From a virus, in the IMG/VR virus record IMGVR_UViG_3300032307_000652, positions 1 to 64,000 of that record: DNA of 64,000 nt; one strand, 5' to 3'. Of this stretch, positions 20,322 to 30,170 are shown piece after piece; the stretch's first letter is position 1; every line of letters begins with the position of its first letter. Both the position numbers and the translations under genes were made by a program. The notes below the pieces were generated by a model that saw only the letters and a program-made list of their open reading frames with translations, had not been told where the DNA came from and made no database searches.

Positions 20322-20894
20322 TTATTGGACTTTTTTAACTTTAGATATTTTTCCTTCAAATATATGTTTACCTACTTTAATTGTCATTGTTTCACTAGAT
20401 TTTTGAGTTGACTCAACCATTAATCCGTTTTCACTTAACACCTCTTCAACGGTTTCTCTAACAATTTTTCTTATGTCATTTGCGCTTAATCCAACACCAA
20501 CATTTGATGGTTGATGTTGTGTTGTGTTTTCCGTAACAGTTTCTTTATGGTTACCCATAAGTCTTGATGCTTTTTCAATTATATCATTAGATAATGTTGG
20601 TTGATATTGTTGTTGTTGTTGTATTGGGTGTTCCATCATTAATTTTTTAATTGCATCAGGTAACTTAGAATTTTTTATCCTATCTTCGGTTATTACTGGT
20701 GCAGATTTTTGAGATTGTGGTGATGGTGTTAAAAATTCTTGTGGTATATTATAAGTTGATGGAATTGGAGTTTCATCAAATTCTCTAACCAAACTTTGTG
20801 GCGTTGATTTTTTAGGTGTAACACCTCTATCCATATCATTATGTCTATCCATTATCTGTTTAGACACCATTAATTTTTGCATTAAACTATCCAT
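20322..20894 (-). CDS. hypothetical protein (190 aa)
   Basis: Coupled ORF, Q/P-rich middle. Confidence 0.75.
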   Translation of the reverse strand: MDSLMQKLMVSKQIMDRHNDMDRGVTPKKSTPQSLVREFDETPIPSTYNIPQEFLTPSPQSQKSAPVITEDRIKNSKLPDAIKKLMMEHPIQQQQQYQPTLSNDIIEKASRLMGNHKETVTENTTQHQPSNVGVGLSANDIRKIVRETVEEVLSENGLMVESTQKSSETMTIKVGKHIFEGKISKVKKVQ

Positions 20895-21282
20895 TGTTTT
20901 CTAATTCAAATTTTGTACAAACTTTTAATCCTACCATTCCTTTATCGTCAGGATTATAATTTGGTCTTATTATATCAAATTTATCTCTTGGGTCAACTGA
21001 AAAGTTACCAATTCTATCAACCCTAAATAATCTCCATCCCGGTAACGGTTGGTCCCCAATTTGTGCGGTATGAGAAGCACCTTCTCTTTCCCAAGCTCTT
21101 ATTACTCTATTACCTCTTTTTGATGTTCCGTAACAAAAAGGTTCTATAACACGAAGTCCCTTACCTCCATTATCATTACCATTGTAGTAAATTGTAACCA
21201 AATTTCTATTTTTAATAGCATTGGTTATTTCATCGCTACTTGCTTCAAAAATAAGTTGTTTTATTACGTTGTAAAGCTTCAT
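20887..21282 (-). CDS. stand-alone WYL-domain protein
   Basis: AIKNRNLVTIYY...RVIEPFCYG...IRAW...WRLFRVDRI. Confidence 0.82.
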   Translation of the reverse strand: MKLYNVIKQLIFEASSDEITNAIKNRNLVTIYYNGNDNGGKGLRVIEPFCYGTSKRGNRVIRAWEREGASHTAQIGDQPLPGWRLFRVDRIGNFSVDPRDKFDIIRPNYNPDDKGMVGLKVCTKFELENNG

Positions 21283-21572
21283 TCTGCAGATGGAAACTGA
21301 TATGGTTTACTTGAGTTAAATTTATTAATTTTAATATCGTCTTTTCTTTCGATTTGGTCTTGTCTTGAGCCTCCATTTGCGACATCTAAGAAAATACCCG
21401 TTCCTTTCCCTTTATCATCACCATCAGCAATTGCGTCAGGATTTGTAACTCCATATTCGTTTTTTTCAGGTTTATAGTCATTTCTAACTAATAAATCTTT
21501 TCTAATTTTATCAGCAATTGTTGATAAATTATTAGACGGTTGTTCTAAACTTATTGGGTCATTTGTGGCCAT
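21279..21572 (-). CDS. hypothetical protein (97 aa)
   Basis: Coupled ORF in late operon. Confidence 0.7.
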   Translation of the reverse strand: MATNDPISLEQPSNNLSTIADKIRKDLLVRNDYKPEKNEYGVTNPDAIADGDDKGKGTGIFLDVANGGSRQDQIERKDDIKINKFNSSKPYQFPSAE

Positions 21573-21576
21573 AGTT

Positions 21577-21987
21577 TTATAATTTTTTCATTATTTCGTT
21601 TATTCTTTTTAAACTGTCAACAACTTCTTGATTATAATTTTCGTATAATTTTGAGTGTGGTTTATCTGTTATATTTCTTGGGTCATTTTTTGAGTGTGAT
21701 GATAAATATTGGTTTTGCATACCTGAATCACTAGCATCTCTTTTTTGTCTACGAATACTTCCTCTATCTGAACCTAAATTTTGTGTTATAAATGATTTCA
21801 AAGCACCTAAATCTTTATCACCAAATTTACCATTATCAATATCGTGAAGTATTTTTTTCATATTTTGATATGTTAAATAACCATTTGTAAAAATATTATG
21901 AATAGTTCTTTCGTCTTTAAAATTCTCTAAAGACGTTAATACGTTGTGTGGAACTTCGTATTGATTTCCATACATTTCACTATTCAT
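21577..21987 (-). CDS. hypothetical protein (136 aa)
   Basis: Coupled ORF; C-terminal LKRINEIM helix. Confidence 0.7.
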   Translation of the reverse strand: MNSEMYGNQYEVPHNVLTSLENFKDERTIHNIFTNGYLTYQNMKKILHDIDNGKFGDKDLGALKSFITQNLGSDRGSIRRQKRDASDSGMQNQYLSSHSKNDPRNITDKPHSKLYENYNQEVVDSLKRINEIMKKL

Positions 21988-22853
21988 TTCTTCAGTATTT
22001 TAATCAAGTCATTTATTTCAATACCTTCTTTGTCCGCCAATTTTTTTATATTTTCTAAATTTTTCATTAAAATTTTACTTAAACCTGTTTTTTTAGACAC
22101 TTCTTTATCACCTGATTTTTTCTTAAGAACAATATCCTCAACCATTTTTTTCATCATGGCTTTCTTTTCTTCTTCCAAATTTTCTTTTTCTGAAATGGTC
22201 ATTCTGTCAATAAAACCTTTTTGTTTTTTAATTTTTTTTGGAACTCTATCTAATTTTTGTTTGTGTTTTTTTGGGTCGGGTTCTTTACCTTGTTGTCTTG
22301 TTCTTTCTGCCGCTTCATCTTTATCTAATCCTAATTCTTTAACAAATGTTTTGAAAGTTTCAGGACCATTTTTATCTTTTGTTTCTTCATATCCAAAAGC
22401 ATCAGAAAAATCAGTTTCGTTAATTACCTCATCAGTTTCTTCCTGACCCTCACCCCAATAAACACGATAGCCACGAGTGACAGGATTATTTGTTTGTCTT
22501 GTTGCAACCACCTCTTGGTCCATAGTACTTTTTGGTGAAAGATATGGATTATGTATTCTAATTTTAGAACTTAAAAAACTTCCGTCATAATCAACTAATT
22601 CCCCAAGTTCATCTTTCTTTTTTGTTAAAGTTTTTTTAACGTCAGAATTATTTTTTAATTTTTTTTCTTTTTGAATTTTTGAAATTGTTTTTTCTACTTC
22701 TTTTCTATTTTTTTTATCAAATTTTACAATTTCATCTTTTTTTCTAGCCTCAGTTAAAGTATTACTAACGCTAAAATAAACGGAAATAGTATCTTTACCC
22801 TCTTTGATAAAGAAGTAATAAGGTGATGAAAAATATTCTTTATTAAATTCCAT
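21984..22853 (-). CDS. hypothetical Lys/Glu-rich protein (289 aa)
   Basis: First gene downstream of a TATTTATA motif. Confidence 0.75.
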   Translation of the reverse strand: MEFNKEYFSSPYYFFIKEGKDTISVYFSVSNTLTEARKKDEIVKFDKKNRKEVEKTISKIQKEKKLKNNSDVKKTLTKKKDELGELVDYDGSFLSSKIRIHNPYLSPKSTMDQEVVATRQTNNPVTRGYRVYWGEGQEETDEVINETDFSDAFGYEETKDKNGPETFKTFVKELGLDKDEAAERTRQQGKEPDPKKHKQKLDRVPKKIKKQKGFIDRMTISEKENLEEEKKAMMKKMVEDIVLKKKSGDKEVSKKTGLSKILMKNLENIKKLADKEGIEINDLIKILKK

Positions 22854-22866
22854 TTGGTATTTTACA

Positions 22867-22894
22867 TATAAATACTTGGATTTAACTATTTATC
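22867..22894. promoter_or_regulatory. back-to-back putative late promoters (TATTTAT motif)
   Basis: TATTTATA on minus (22874-22867) before ATG 22853; TATTTATC on plus (22887-22894) before ATG 22901. Confidence 0.7.
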
Positions 22895-22900
22895 AATAGA

Positions 22901-25900
22901 ATGGCTCAACAGAATATAAATCAATTCAATTTTAAAAAGTGGTATGTTAAACCTGTCCCAAAAATTTTTGACATTTGTTTAGCATCAGATGAAAAAGATT
23001 ATAACGAAGAAGTTGTATTTTCAACTAATCTTATTGGTTATAATGATGGTAATAGATTACCTATTTATTTTGATTTAAATAATCCTTTATCATCACAAGA
23101 ACTAACAATTAACTATGGTGATTTTTTATCAGGTAATACTTTAGTATCATTAAATTACTACAATCCACTAAATGAAGATTTAAATTGTTTAACTGCATCT
23201 ACATTATGCGATATTGGATTAACAGGTATAGATAATGGTTTAGTACCACAAATGACTGGTGAAACAATTAATTATACGATGGGTCTATTTACTGGGTCAA
23301 GTAAATGGGATAGATATCATTTTGATAGAAGAACAAAATTATTTCAGGTAACTGGATATACTAATCCACCAAATGAAAGATTTTCAGGAAATACAAAACA
23401 AACTTTGTATAACATGGTTTCAGAATCAGGTTATACCATTACATATTACAATCAATTGTATGGAGGATTTTATCAAGGTTTCTTTAGATTGTTTGGATAT
23501 GACTACGAAACATTTCCAAGTAGAACAAACGAAGGATGGACTGTTGAGATGTTAATTAGACCAAGATATGTTGATGAATTTGCTCCGACATCATCTCAAA
23601 CAACTTTAAATTTAACATATCCTGAAAATGAAAATACTTTTTTCTACTTTGGAGCAAGAGCTGAAAATAAATTTTACCATCACGCTTCAGGTTCACCTGC
23701 TTCAGATAGTGGTTATACAAGAGTTACTAGTGTTTTAGAAGGGTGTTTAGAAACTTGTGCTTGTTCGAATACAGGTATAACCAATTCAAGATGTGTTGAA
23801 GTTTATGAACCATTAGTTTATACCCCACAACATAATACCGATTGTAACTGTGGGTGTAACGCAACCACCGAAGTCCCAAATAGTGACAAAGACCCTTTAT
23901 ACGATTCAATGTCAAATTCATTTTCATTGAGATTATCTGGTGACCCTAAAAACCCAAAAGTTTGTGTTAAAGTTTTGACATTTACAGGTGGATGTGTTAC
24001 TACGGGTACTTGTCCAACAACGGGAATTACATATCAAACAGGTTATACGATAACTGAATATTGTTCATCTAATCAAATTTTTGATTATTGTGAAAATTTA
24101 AATTCTGATTATACAACAAAAGAACATTGGATTTTAGTGGATTGTGTGTGGGAAAGAAGTACCTATTTTGATACTTGTGATTTATATTATCGAGGCGGTT
24201 TAGGATTGATTAGTGAAACAGAATATGTTGATAGTTTATCAAACAACAGTATTTTACTTATTCAACCACCAATCACACACGAAGGCTCACCACCTGCGGA
24301 ACAAGTCGAAATAGTTAACCTAAATGAAAGATGGTTAATTGAAAGAGAAGATAGGTTAGGGGTTTTAAAAATTTATATTAACGGAAGATTATTTTATGTT
24401 ATAAATGGATTTGAAGAAGTTATTCCGAGAGCTTTAAATACTGAAAAAGAAAAACAATTAGGTGTTCCGTTTAATATTTCATGGGGTGGTGGAACACAAG
24501 GTTTAAGAGAAAGTTTAACTTTCACAGGATGTCCAACAACCTTAACAGGATTGACATACATGCAAGACCCTGAGGTTATGCCAAATCAAACATTGTCAGG
24601 AACTTCATTATCAGGTTTAACAACCAATATATTATTAGAACCAACTTTTGGTGGGACGTTTGATGGAGCAATTTCTCAATTTAGAATGTATACTGAACCA
24701 TTAACTTATCCTGAAGTTATACATAATTTTGATATTTTAAAAAGTCCGTTTTTACTTTTTGACTACGGATGTCCAGATTGTTCTGACGGATTGATTAACG
24801 ATATTTGTTTATTAGTTTCAGGTAATAATCTTACAGTTACCTCAACTACTTTTGCTGATAGAACATTTAACTTATATTATGAAGTTTCAGAATCAAATCC
24901 AAGATATTTGATTACATCAGGTCAGACATTTCCATTTACAGTTAACAATACTACAATACCTAATTGTTGTTATAATAACTTTTATTTACATTTAATTGAG
25001 GATGACCAAACTTTAATTTTAACTTGTTTTATTCCTAGTGAACCAACCCCAACTCCAACACCGACTATAACACCAACCATAACACCTACAAATACAATTA
25101 CCCCAACACCAACTGTAACGTCAACTAAAACACCGACACCAACAATAACCCCAACCCCAACGGTAACTCAAAGTACGGGAGCGTTAGTTGTTCCGTTATG
25201 TTCGGTAATTTATGTTGATGATATTAATGACATTTATAGTTATAACGTTAGTACCAATACTAGTACATTACTACCAATACCATTTACAATTTATAATGGA
25301 GATATTGGTCACACTCAAAATAAATTATGGACAACAAGTTATACCTCAGTTAGAGAATGGAATATTACTTTAAATCCATTTACCGCAACTTATAATAGAG
25401 ATTTAAATTTCCCATTCACAATAGGTGTAGGATTAGGGGTTATTAATAATACAACACTTATTGTTACAAATACTAACCCTCCACAATCAATTTATGAAAT
25501 GGACATTACAACAAACACACCTGTCCCAACGTATAAGTTTGATTTACCTGCAGGTCATAGTGTAGCTGGTGATATTTTATTAACAACAACTAATAAACTT
25601 TTAGTAACAACTTCTCAAATTACTAACATATACTTATTACAGTACGATTATTTAACAGGTAATTTAGAATTAACCATATCCCTTAATGGTACTGTAAGTG
25701 GTGGACCTTGGGGTATATTTGAAGATTCAGGTAATATTTATGTTGGTACAGGTACTGGTAATGTTTATTCTGTTGATACAACATATCCGTATAACATTAC
25801 TTTTATTAATAATACAGGGAACCCAATATATGGAGCATCTCAAATACCATCTTGTTTAGATAGTGAATTTATTATTCCTACAGTTGAATTAAATTCATAT

Positions 25901-26812
25901 ATAAATCCTGGGTCTATTGTTGTTAATTACGAAGCAACTTTAAATGAAAGCATCGGGGTTAATACAAATATATCATTTGAACAATCTTTAGGTATAATTG
26001 GTGGAGGTTTTTATAGTATTACATCGGGAATTACTATAAATTCAGGTACTACTTCCGCAACAACTTACGTTAATTTATCGTCGGCGAATTTTAATTTATT
26101 AGATAGAACATCAACAATTTCAGTATCAGGTTTATCACCTATTATTTTATCGGTATCATCTAATGAAATTTTTGCAACACCGACCCCAACACCTAGTATC
26201 ACACCAACTAATACGATAACACCAACAGTGACTCCAAGTGTTACACCAACAATGACTCAAAGTCAAACCCCTACAAATACACCAACAGTAACACAAACTC
26301 CAACCGTAACTAAAACACCAACCAACACACCAACAGTAACTAAAACACCAACGGTAACTCCTACAACTAGTTTAACTCCATCACCATCACCTGCAGAACC
26401 TTTAAATATGTATGTGATTGGTAATCAAAAGAATGGTGATTGTTCAGTATCAAGTATGGTTATTCAGTATAGAAATATAAATGGTAATTATATTAGTCAA
26501 ACTTTAGGTTCTCTTAGTGATATTGGTTATATGACAGTTGTGTCTTATGCGAGTTACCCACCAAGATGGATATCAGGACCTGCTTCACCTGATGGATTTG
26601 ATTTAATTGATTTAGGAACTTATTCATCTACAAGTTGTTATAATTTCCAAGCGACGACTTATTGTCAAACATTACCACCTGACTTAACTTTAAATTATGT
26701 TGATTGTAATGGTGTAAGTCAAACTATAGACTACGCAGGTGAAAGTGTTTACACATTCTCAGCCAGAACATTCACAGCAGAAAACAAAATACAAATTCAA
26801 AAACTACCTTAA
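22901..26812 (+). CDS. large virion-surface protein: LamG/ConA-like domain, Cys-rich inserts, two Pro-Thr linkers, propeller-like domain
   Basis: WTVEMLIRP...LKIYINGRL...FDGAISQFRMYTEPLTYPEV (LamG); PT repeats; late motif upstream. Confidence 0.7.
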   Translation: MAQQNINQFNFKKWYVKPVPKIFDICLASDEKDYNEEVVFSTNLIGYNDGNRLPIYFDLNNPLSSQELTINYGDFLSGNTLVSLNYYNPLNEDLNCLTASTLCDIGLTGIDNGLVPQMTGETINYTMGLFTGSSKWDRYHFDRRTKLFQVTGYTNPPNERFSGNTKQTLYNMVSESGYTITYYNQLYGGFYQGFFRLFGYDYETFPSRTNEGWTVEMLIRPRYVDEFAPTSSQTTLNLTYPENENTFFYFGARAENKFYHHASGSPASDSGYTRVTSVLEGCLETCACSNTGITNSRCVEVYEPLVYTPQHNTDCNCGCNATTEVPNSDKDPLYDSMSNSFSLRLSGDPKNPKVCVKVLTFTGGCVTTGTCPTTGITYQTGYTITEYCSSNQIFDYCENLNSDYTTKEHWILVDCVWERSTYFDTCDLYYRGGLGLISETEYVDSLSNNSILLIQPPITHEGSPPAEQVEIVNLNERWLIEREDRLGVLKIYINGRLFYVINGFEEVIPRALNTEKEKQLGVPFNISWGGGTQGLRESLTFTGCPTTLTGLTYMQDPEVMPNQTLSGTSLSGLTTNILLEPTFGGTFDGAISQFRMYTEPLTYPEVIHNFDILKSPFLLFDYGCPDCSDGLINDICLLVSGNNLTVTSTTFADRTFNLYYEVSESNPRYLITSGQTFPFTVNNTTIPNCCYNNFYLHLIEDDQTLILTCFIPSEPTPTPTPTITPTITPTNTITPTPTVTSTKTPTPTITPTPTVTQSTGALVVPLCSVIYVDDINDIYSYNVSTNTSTLLPIPFTIYNGDIGHTQNKLWTTSYTSVREWNITLNPFTATYNRDLNFPFTIGVGLGVINNTTLIVTNTNPPQSIYEMDITTNTPVPTYKFDLPAGHSVAGDILLTTTNKLLVTTSQITNIYLLQYDYLTGNLELTISLNGTVSGGPWGIFEDSGNIYVGTGTGNVYSVDTTYPYNITFINNTGNPIYGASQIPSCLDSEFIIPTVELNSYINPGSIVVNYEATLNESIGVNTNISFEQSLGIIGGGFYSITSGITINSGTTSATTYVNLSSANFNLLDRTSTISVSGLSPIILSVSSNEIFATPTPTPSITPTNTITPTVTPSVTPTMTQSQTPTNTPTVTQTPTVTKTPTNTPTVTKTPTVTPTTSLTPSPSPAEPLNMYVIGNQKNGDCSVSSMVIQYRNINGNYISQTLGSLSDIGYMTVVSYASYPPRWISGPASPDGFDLIDLGTYSSTSCYNFQATTYCQTLPPDLTLNYVDCNGVSQTIDYAGESVYTFSARTFTAENKIQIQKLP
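25043..25168 (+). repeat. Pro-Thr low-complexity repeat 1
   Basis: Encodes PTPTPTPTITPTITPTNTITPTPTVTSTKTPTPTITPTPTVT with degenerate codons. Confidence 0.95.
26177..26392 (+). repeat. Pro-Thr low-complexity repeat 2
   Basis: Encodes TPTPTPSITPTNTITPTVTPSVTP...TPTVTKTPTNTPTVTKTPTVTPTTSLTPSPSP. Confidence 0.95.
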
Positions 26813-26819
26813 TTTAAAT

Positions 26820-26848
26820 TTGACTTATAATCTTTGATTGGTTAAACT
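26820..26848 (+). promoter_or_regulatory. sigma70-like early/middle promoter of DNA polymerase
   Basis: AAAT-TTGACT-N17-TAAACT; same -35 context as the SSB promoter. Confidence 0.7.
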
Positions 26849-26856
26849 TACCACAC

Positions 26857-26884
26857 AAGGTAAATTCCGACCTTAATTTCGGAA
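26857..26884 (+). promoter_or_regulatory. putative H-type RNA pseudoknot in the polymerase leader
   Basis: AAGGT (26857-61) pairs with ACCTT (26870-74); TTCCG (26865-69) pairs with CGGAA (26880-84). Confidence 0.5.
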
Positions 26885-26907
26885 GCAAATACACCATTTT
26901 AAATTTT

Positions 26908-29835
26908 ATGATATCAAACGAAGAAATTGAAAATTTCCTTCAGGGAAATGATGACGAAAAATATATCGTCAGTGTCGAATACGATTATGTTAAAGATTGT
27001 GTTTGGAAAATTATCGAACACCCAATTCACGGAAAACAAATTAAGAAAGATACCTTTATCCCATTTGCTTGGGTAGGTGATTTACGTGGGTTAAACTTCT
27101 ACAAATCCTCAAAAGCATTACAGAAAGAGGCAATGACAAAACATAAAATTGTTATTGAAAAATTAAGAACCGATGGTAACGAAAGATTAGAAAAAGGTTT
27201 AACCTTTATGGTTAAATCATTGAACGGTTATCGCTCACTTATTCAGTTTTTCAGAGACGGTGGCGTTGACCCTTGGGGTGAAACAACCAAAGGTTTAGTT
27301 TTAATATTACCTCCTGTAGAACAATTCTTGGTTACAAAAGAAAAACGATTATTCAAAGGATTTGATGATTACAATAGTATTACAAGGTTTGTATTTGACT
27401 TGGAGACGACCGCATTAGAACCAAAGGATGGTCGTATCTTTATGATAGGAATGAAAACCAATAAAGGTTTTAGTCAAGTAATTGAGTGTTCAACTGAAGA
27501 ACAAGAAAGAGAAGGTATTATCAAATTCTTTAATACCATAGATGAACTTAAACCAAGTATCATTGCGTCTTACAACGGATTTAACTTTGACTGGTTTTGG
27601 TTATTTGAAAGAGCCAAAGCTTTAAAGTTGGATATTAAAAAAATTGCTAAAACTCTTAACCCAATCAACCCAATCAAACAATCTGAAAGTTTATTGAAAC
27701 TGGCAAACGAGGTTGAGCGATTTAACCAAACATCTATGTGGGGTTATAACGTCGTTGATACGTTACACGCAGTTAGAAGAGCTCAAGCAATTAACTCATC
27801 TATCAAATCTGCGGGTTTGAAATATATTAGCCAATATATTAAGGCTGAGGCACCTGACCGTGTTTATATTGACCACACAGATATTGGTCCGTTCTACGCA
27901 AAGAAAGAAGAGTTTTGGTTAAACATTCAAAACGGAAAATACAAGAAAGTAGGTGTTGACCCAAAGATTGACGAAGCGTGTTCTAAACATTCAAACATAT
28001 ATATTAAAACAACAGGAGATGATTTAGTTGAACGATATCTTGACGATGACTTGGAGGAAACCTTAACTGTTGACGAAGAATTTAATCAGGGTTCGTTCTT
28101 ACTTGCGTCTTTGGTCCCAACAACATACGAAAGGGTTTCTACAATGGGAACTGCAACATTATGGGAAATCCAAATGAGAGCGTGGTCTTATAAACACATG
28201 TTGGCCATTCCTGCTAAGAATGAAAAGACAGAATTTGTTGGTGGTTTATCACGATTACTTAAAGTAGGTTATTCAACTGACGTATTGAAACTTGACTTCT
28301 CGTCACTTTATCCGTCAATACAACTTGTTCACGATGTATTCCCAACCTGTGATATTACAGGAGCAATGAAGGGTATGTTAAATTACTTCCGTAATACTCG
28401 TATCAAGTATAAAAACTTGGCAAAGGAATATCAGGATATTGATAAAAAACAAGCAACATCTTACGACAGAAAACAATTGCCGATTAAGATTTTCATTAAC
28501 TCAATGTTCGGAGCATTATCCGCTCCACAAGTATATCACTGGGGTGATATGTATATGGGTGAACAGATTACCTGTACAGGACGACAATACCTTCGTCAGA
28601 TGTTACGTTTCTTTATGAAACGAGGTTATACACCACTTGTATGTGATACGGATGGTATGAACTTCTCATTACCTGAAGGTGGTGTAGAAGATAGAAGATA
28701 CATTGGTAAGGGTAAGAATTGGCTTGTTAAAGAAGGTAAGGAATACAAAGGTTATGATGCAGATGTTGCCGAGTTTAACGATATGTTTATGAAAGGTGCG
28801 ATGGGTCTTGATTGTGATGGAACATGGAAATCCTGTATGAACATTGCTCGTAAGAACTACGCAACAATGGAACATAATGGTAAGATTAAACTTACAGGTA
28901 ACTCAATCAAGAGTAAAAAACTTCCACTTTATATTGAGGACTTTTTGGATAAAGGAATTAAGATGTTACTTGAAGGTAATGGACAAGCATTTGTTGAGTG
29001 GTATTATGAGTACTTAGAAGTAATCTTTAACCAACAAATTCCATTAATGAAGATTGCTCAAAGAGCGAAAGTAAAACTATCTATTGACGATTATAACAAA
29101 CGTTCAAAAGAAAAAACCAAGGCGGGAAATGAAATGTCTCGTATGGCTCATATGGAATTAGCGATGAGAGATGGAATTGCAGTTAGTTTAGGTGATGTAA
29201 TATTTTATGTTAACAACGGTGTTAAAGCATCACACGGAGATGTTCAAAAGGTTAATAAACCTAAAAAAGGATGGTCTCAAGAACAATTAGATATGTTTTT
29301 CAAAACCAATGAAGATAGAAAAGAAAAGGTAAAATTTTTACAAAAAAATGGATGGGAACAATCTTGGGGTGAGGATAACTGGGTTCGTAGTGATGCGACA
29401 AATAAGGAAGCGAATACAGGAATTTCAACAGACCGCGCATATCAAATAGCATTTTCAGATATAGTCGGTTCAGTAGTTCAACTTAATTGTTATCGTCTTG
29501 ACCCATCTGAATTGGAATCAAACCCTGATATGACAGGTGAATACAACGTAGCAAGAGCAATTGTTACCTTTAACAAAAGAATTGAACCATTATTAATTGT
29601 GTTTAATGAAGAGGTTAGAAATAATCTAATTGTAACTGACCCTAAAGACAGAGGTTTATTTACCAAAGAACAATGTAAACTAATTAATGGCGTTCCTTTT
29701 GAACCTGCCGACCAAGATAGTATTGAAGATTTGTTAACAATAACAGACCAAGAAATGGTGTATTGGGGTAAACGAGGAATTGACCCTGAATATATTTACG
29801 AATTAGCTGAAGAAGGATGGGAAGAAATGGTTTAA
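26908..29835 (+). CDS. family B DNA polymerase with 3'-5' exonuclease
   Basis: FDLETT, YNGFNFDW, YLDDD; LDFSSLYPS, KIFINSMFG, CDTDG, KNYA. Confidence 0.95.
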   Translation: MISNEEIENFLQGNDDEKYIVSVEYDYVKDCVWKIIEHPIHGKQIKKDTFIPFAWVGDLRGLNFYKSSKALQKEAMTKHKIVIEKLRTDGNERLEKGLTFMVKSLNGYRSLIQFFRDGGVDPWGETTKGLVLILPPVEQFLVTKEKRLFKGFDDYNSITRFVFDLETTALEPKDGRIFMIGMKTNKGFSQVIECSTEEQEREGIIKFFNTIDELKPSIIASYNGFNFDWFWLFERAKALKLDIKKIAKTLNPINPIKQSESLLKLANEVERFNQTSMWGYNVVDTLHAVRRAQAINSSIKSAGLKYISQYIKAEAPDRVYIDHTDIGPFYAKKEEFWLNIQNGKYKKVGVDPKIDEACSKHSNIYIKTTGDDLVERYLDDDLEETLTVDEEFNQGSFLLASLVPTTYERVSTMGTATLWEIQMRAWSYKHMLAIPAKNEKTEFVGGLSRLLKVGYSTDVLKLDFSSLYPSIQLVHDVFPTCDITGAMKGMLNYFRNTRIKYKNLAKEYQDIDKKQATSYDRKQLPIKIFINSMFGALSAPQVYHWGDMYMGEQITCTGRQYLRQMLRFFMKRGYTPLVCDTDGMNFSLPEGGVEDRRYIGKGKNWLVKEGKEYKGYDADVAEFNDMFMKGAMGLDCDGTWKSCMNIARKNYATMEHNGKIKLTGNSIKSKKLPLYIEDFLDKGIKMLLEGNGQAFVEWYYEYLEVIFNQQIPLMKIAQRAKVKLSIDDYNKRSKEKTKAGNEMSRMAHMELAMRDGIAVSLGDVIFYVNNGVKASHGDVQKVNKPKKGWSQEQLDMFFKTNEDRKEKVKFLQKNGWEQSWGEDNWVRSDATNKEANTGISTDRAYQIAFSDIVGSVVQLNCYRLDPSELESNPDMTGEYNVARAIVTFNKRIEPLLIVFNEEVRNNLIVTDPKDRGLFTKEQCKLINGVPFEPADQDSIEDLLTITDQEMVYWGKRGIDPEYIYELAEEGWEEMV

Positions 29836-30167
29836 GACTGTTTCAACCCGTCTGATGAAACTATATACCAACTACCAAATGCGTAATATAGTTCAACACA
29901 AGCACCTTTTTCAATATTAATTTCATTAAACTCTTCATCAATCAAACCCTCAATGGGTTTGATTTTTGTTTTTGTAAGTGCTTTTACTATTACGTGGTCA
30001 GTATTGTTATGGTTTAAAATAATTTCAATTTCATCCAATTCTTTTGTAATCACAACACTCTCACCTTCTGTTGTATATTTTTCATCTGAAATCATACATA
30101 CTTCAGAAGTTGTTAATACTTGGTTTCCGATAACTCTTCTCATCGGAATTGATTTTTGAACGCTCAT
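29832..30167 (-). CDS. small beta-rich putative virion protein (111 aa)
   Basis: Follows the neck gene; C-terminal ID...VELYY..GSWYI resembles tail-associated beta domains. Confidence 0.55.
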   Translation of the reverse strand: MSVQKSIPMRRVIGNQVLTTSEVCMISDEKYTTEGESVVITKELDEIEIILNHNNTDHVIVKALTKTKIKPIEGLIDEEFNEINIEKGACVELYYAFGSWYIVSSDGLKQS

Positions 30168-30170
30168 AAA

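Noticed and set aside
25043-26392. CRISPR array or DGR-like repeats
   Set aside because: The repeats are degenerate Pro-Thr codons in frame; there is no constant repeat-spacer structure and no reverse transcriptase
26908-29835. Intein or intron in the polymerase (short insertion around KKGWSQEQ...GWEQSWGEDNW)
   Set aside because: No C/S...HN splice motifs or homing endonuclease; the frame is uninterrupted and the catalytic motifs are normally spaced
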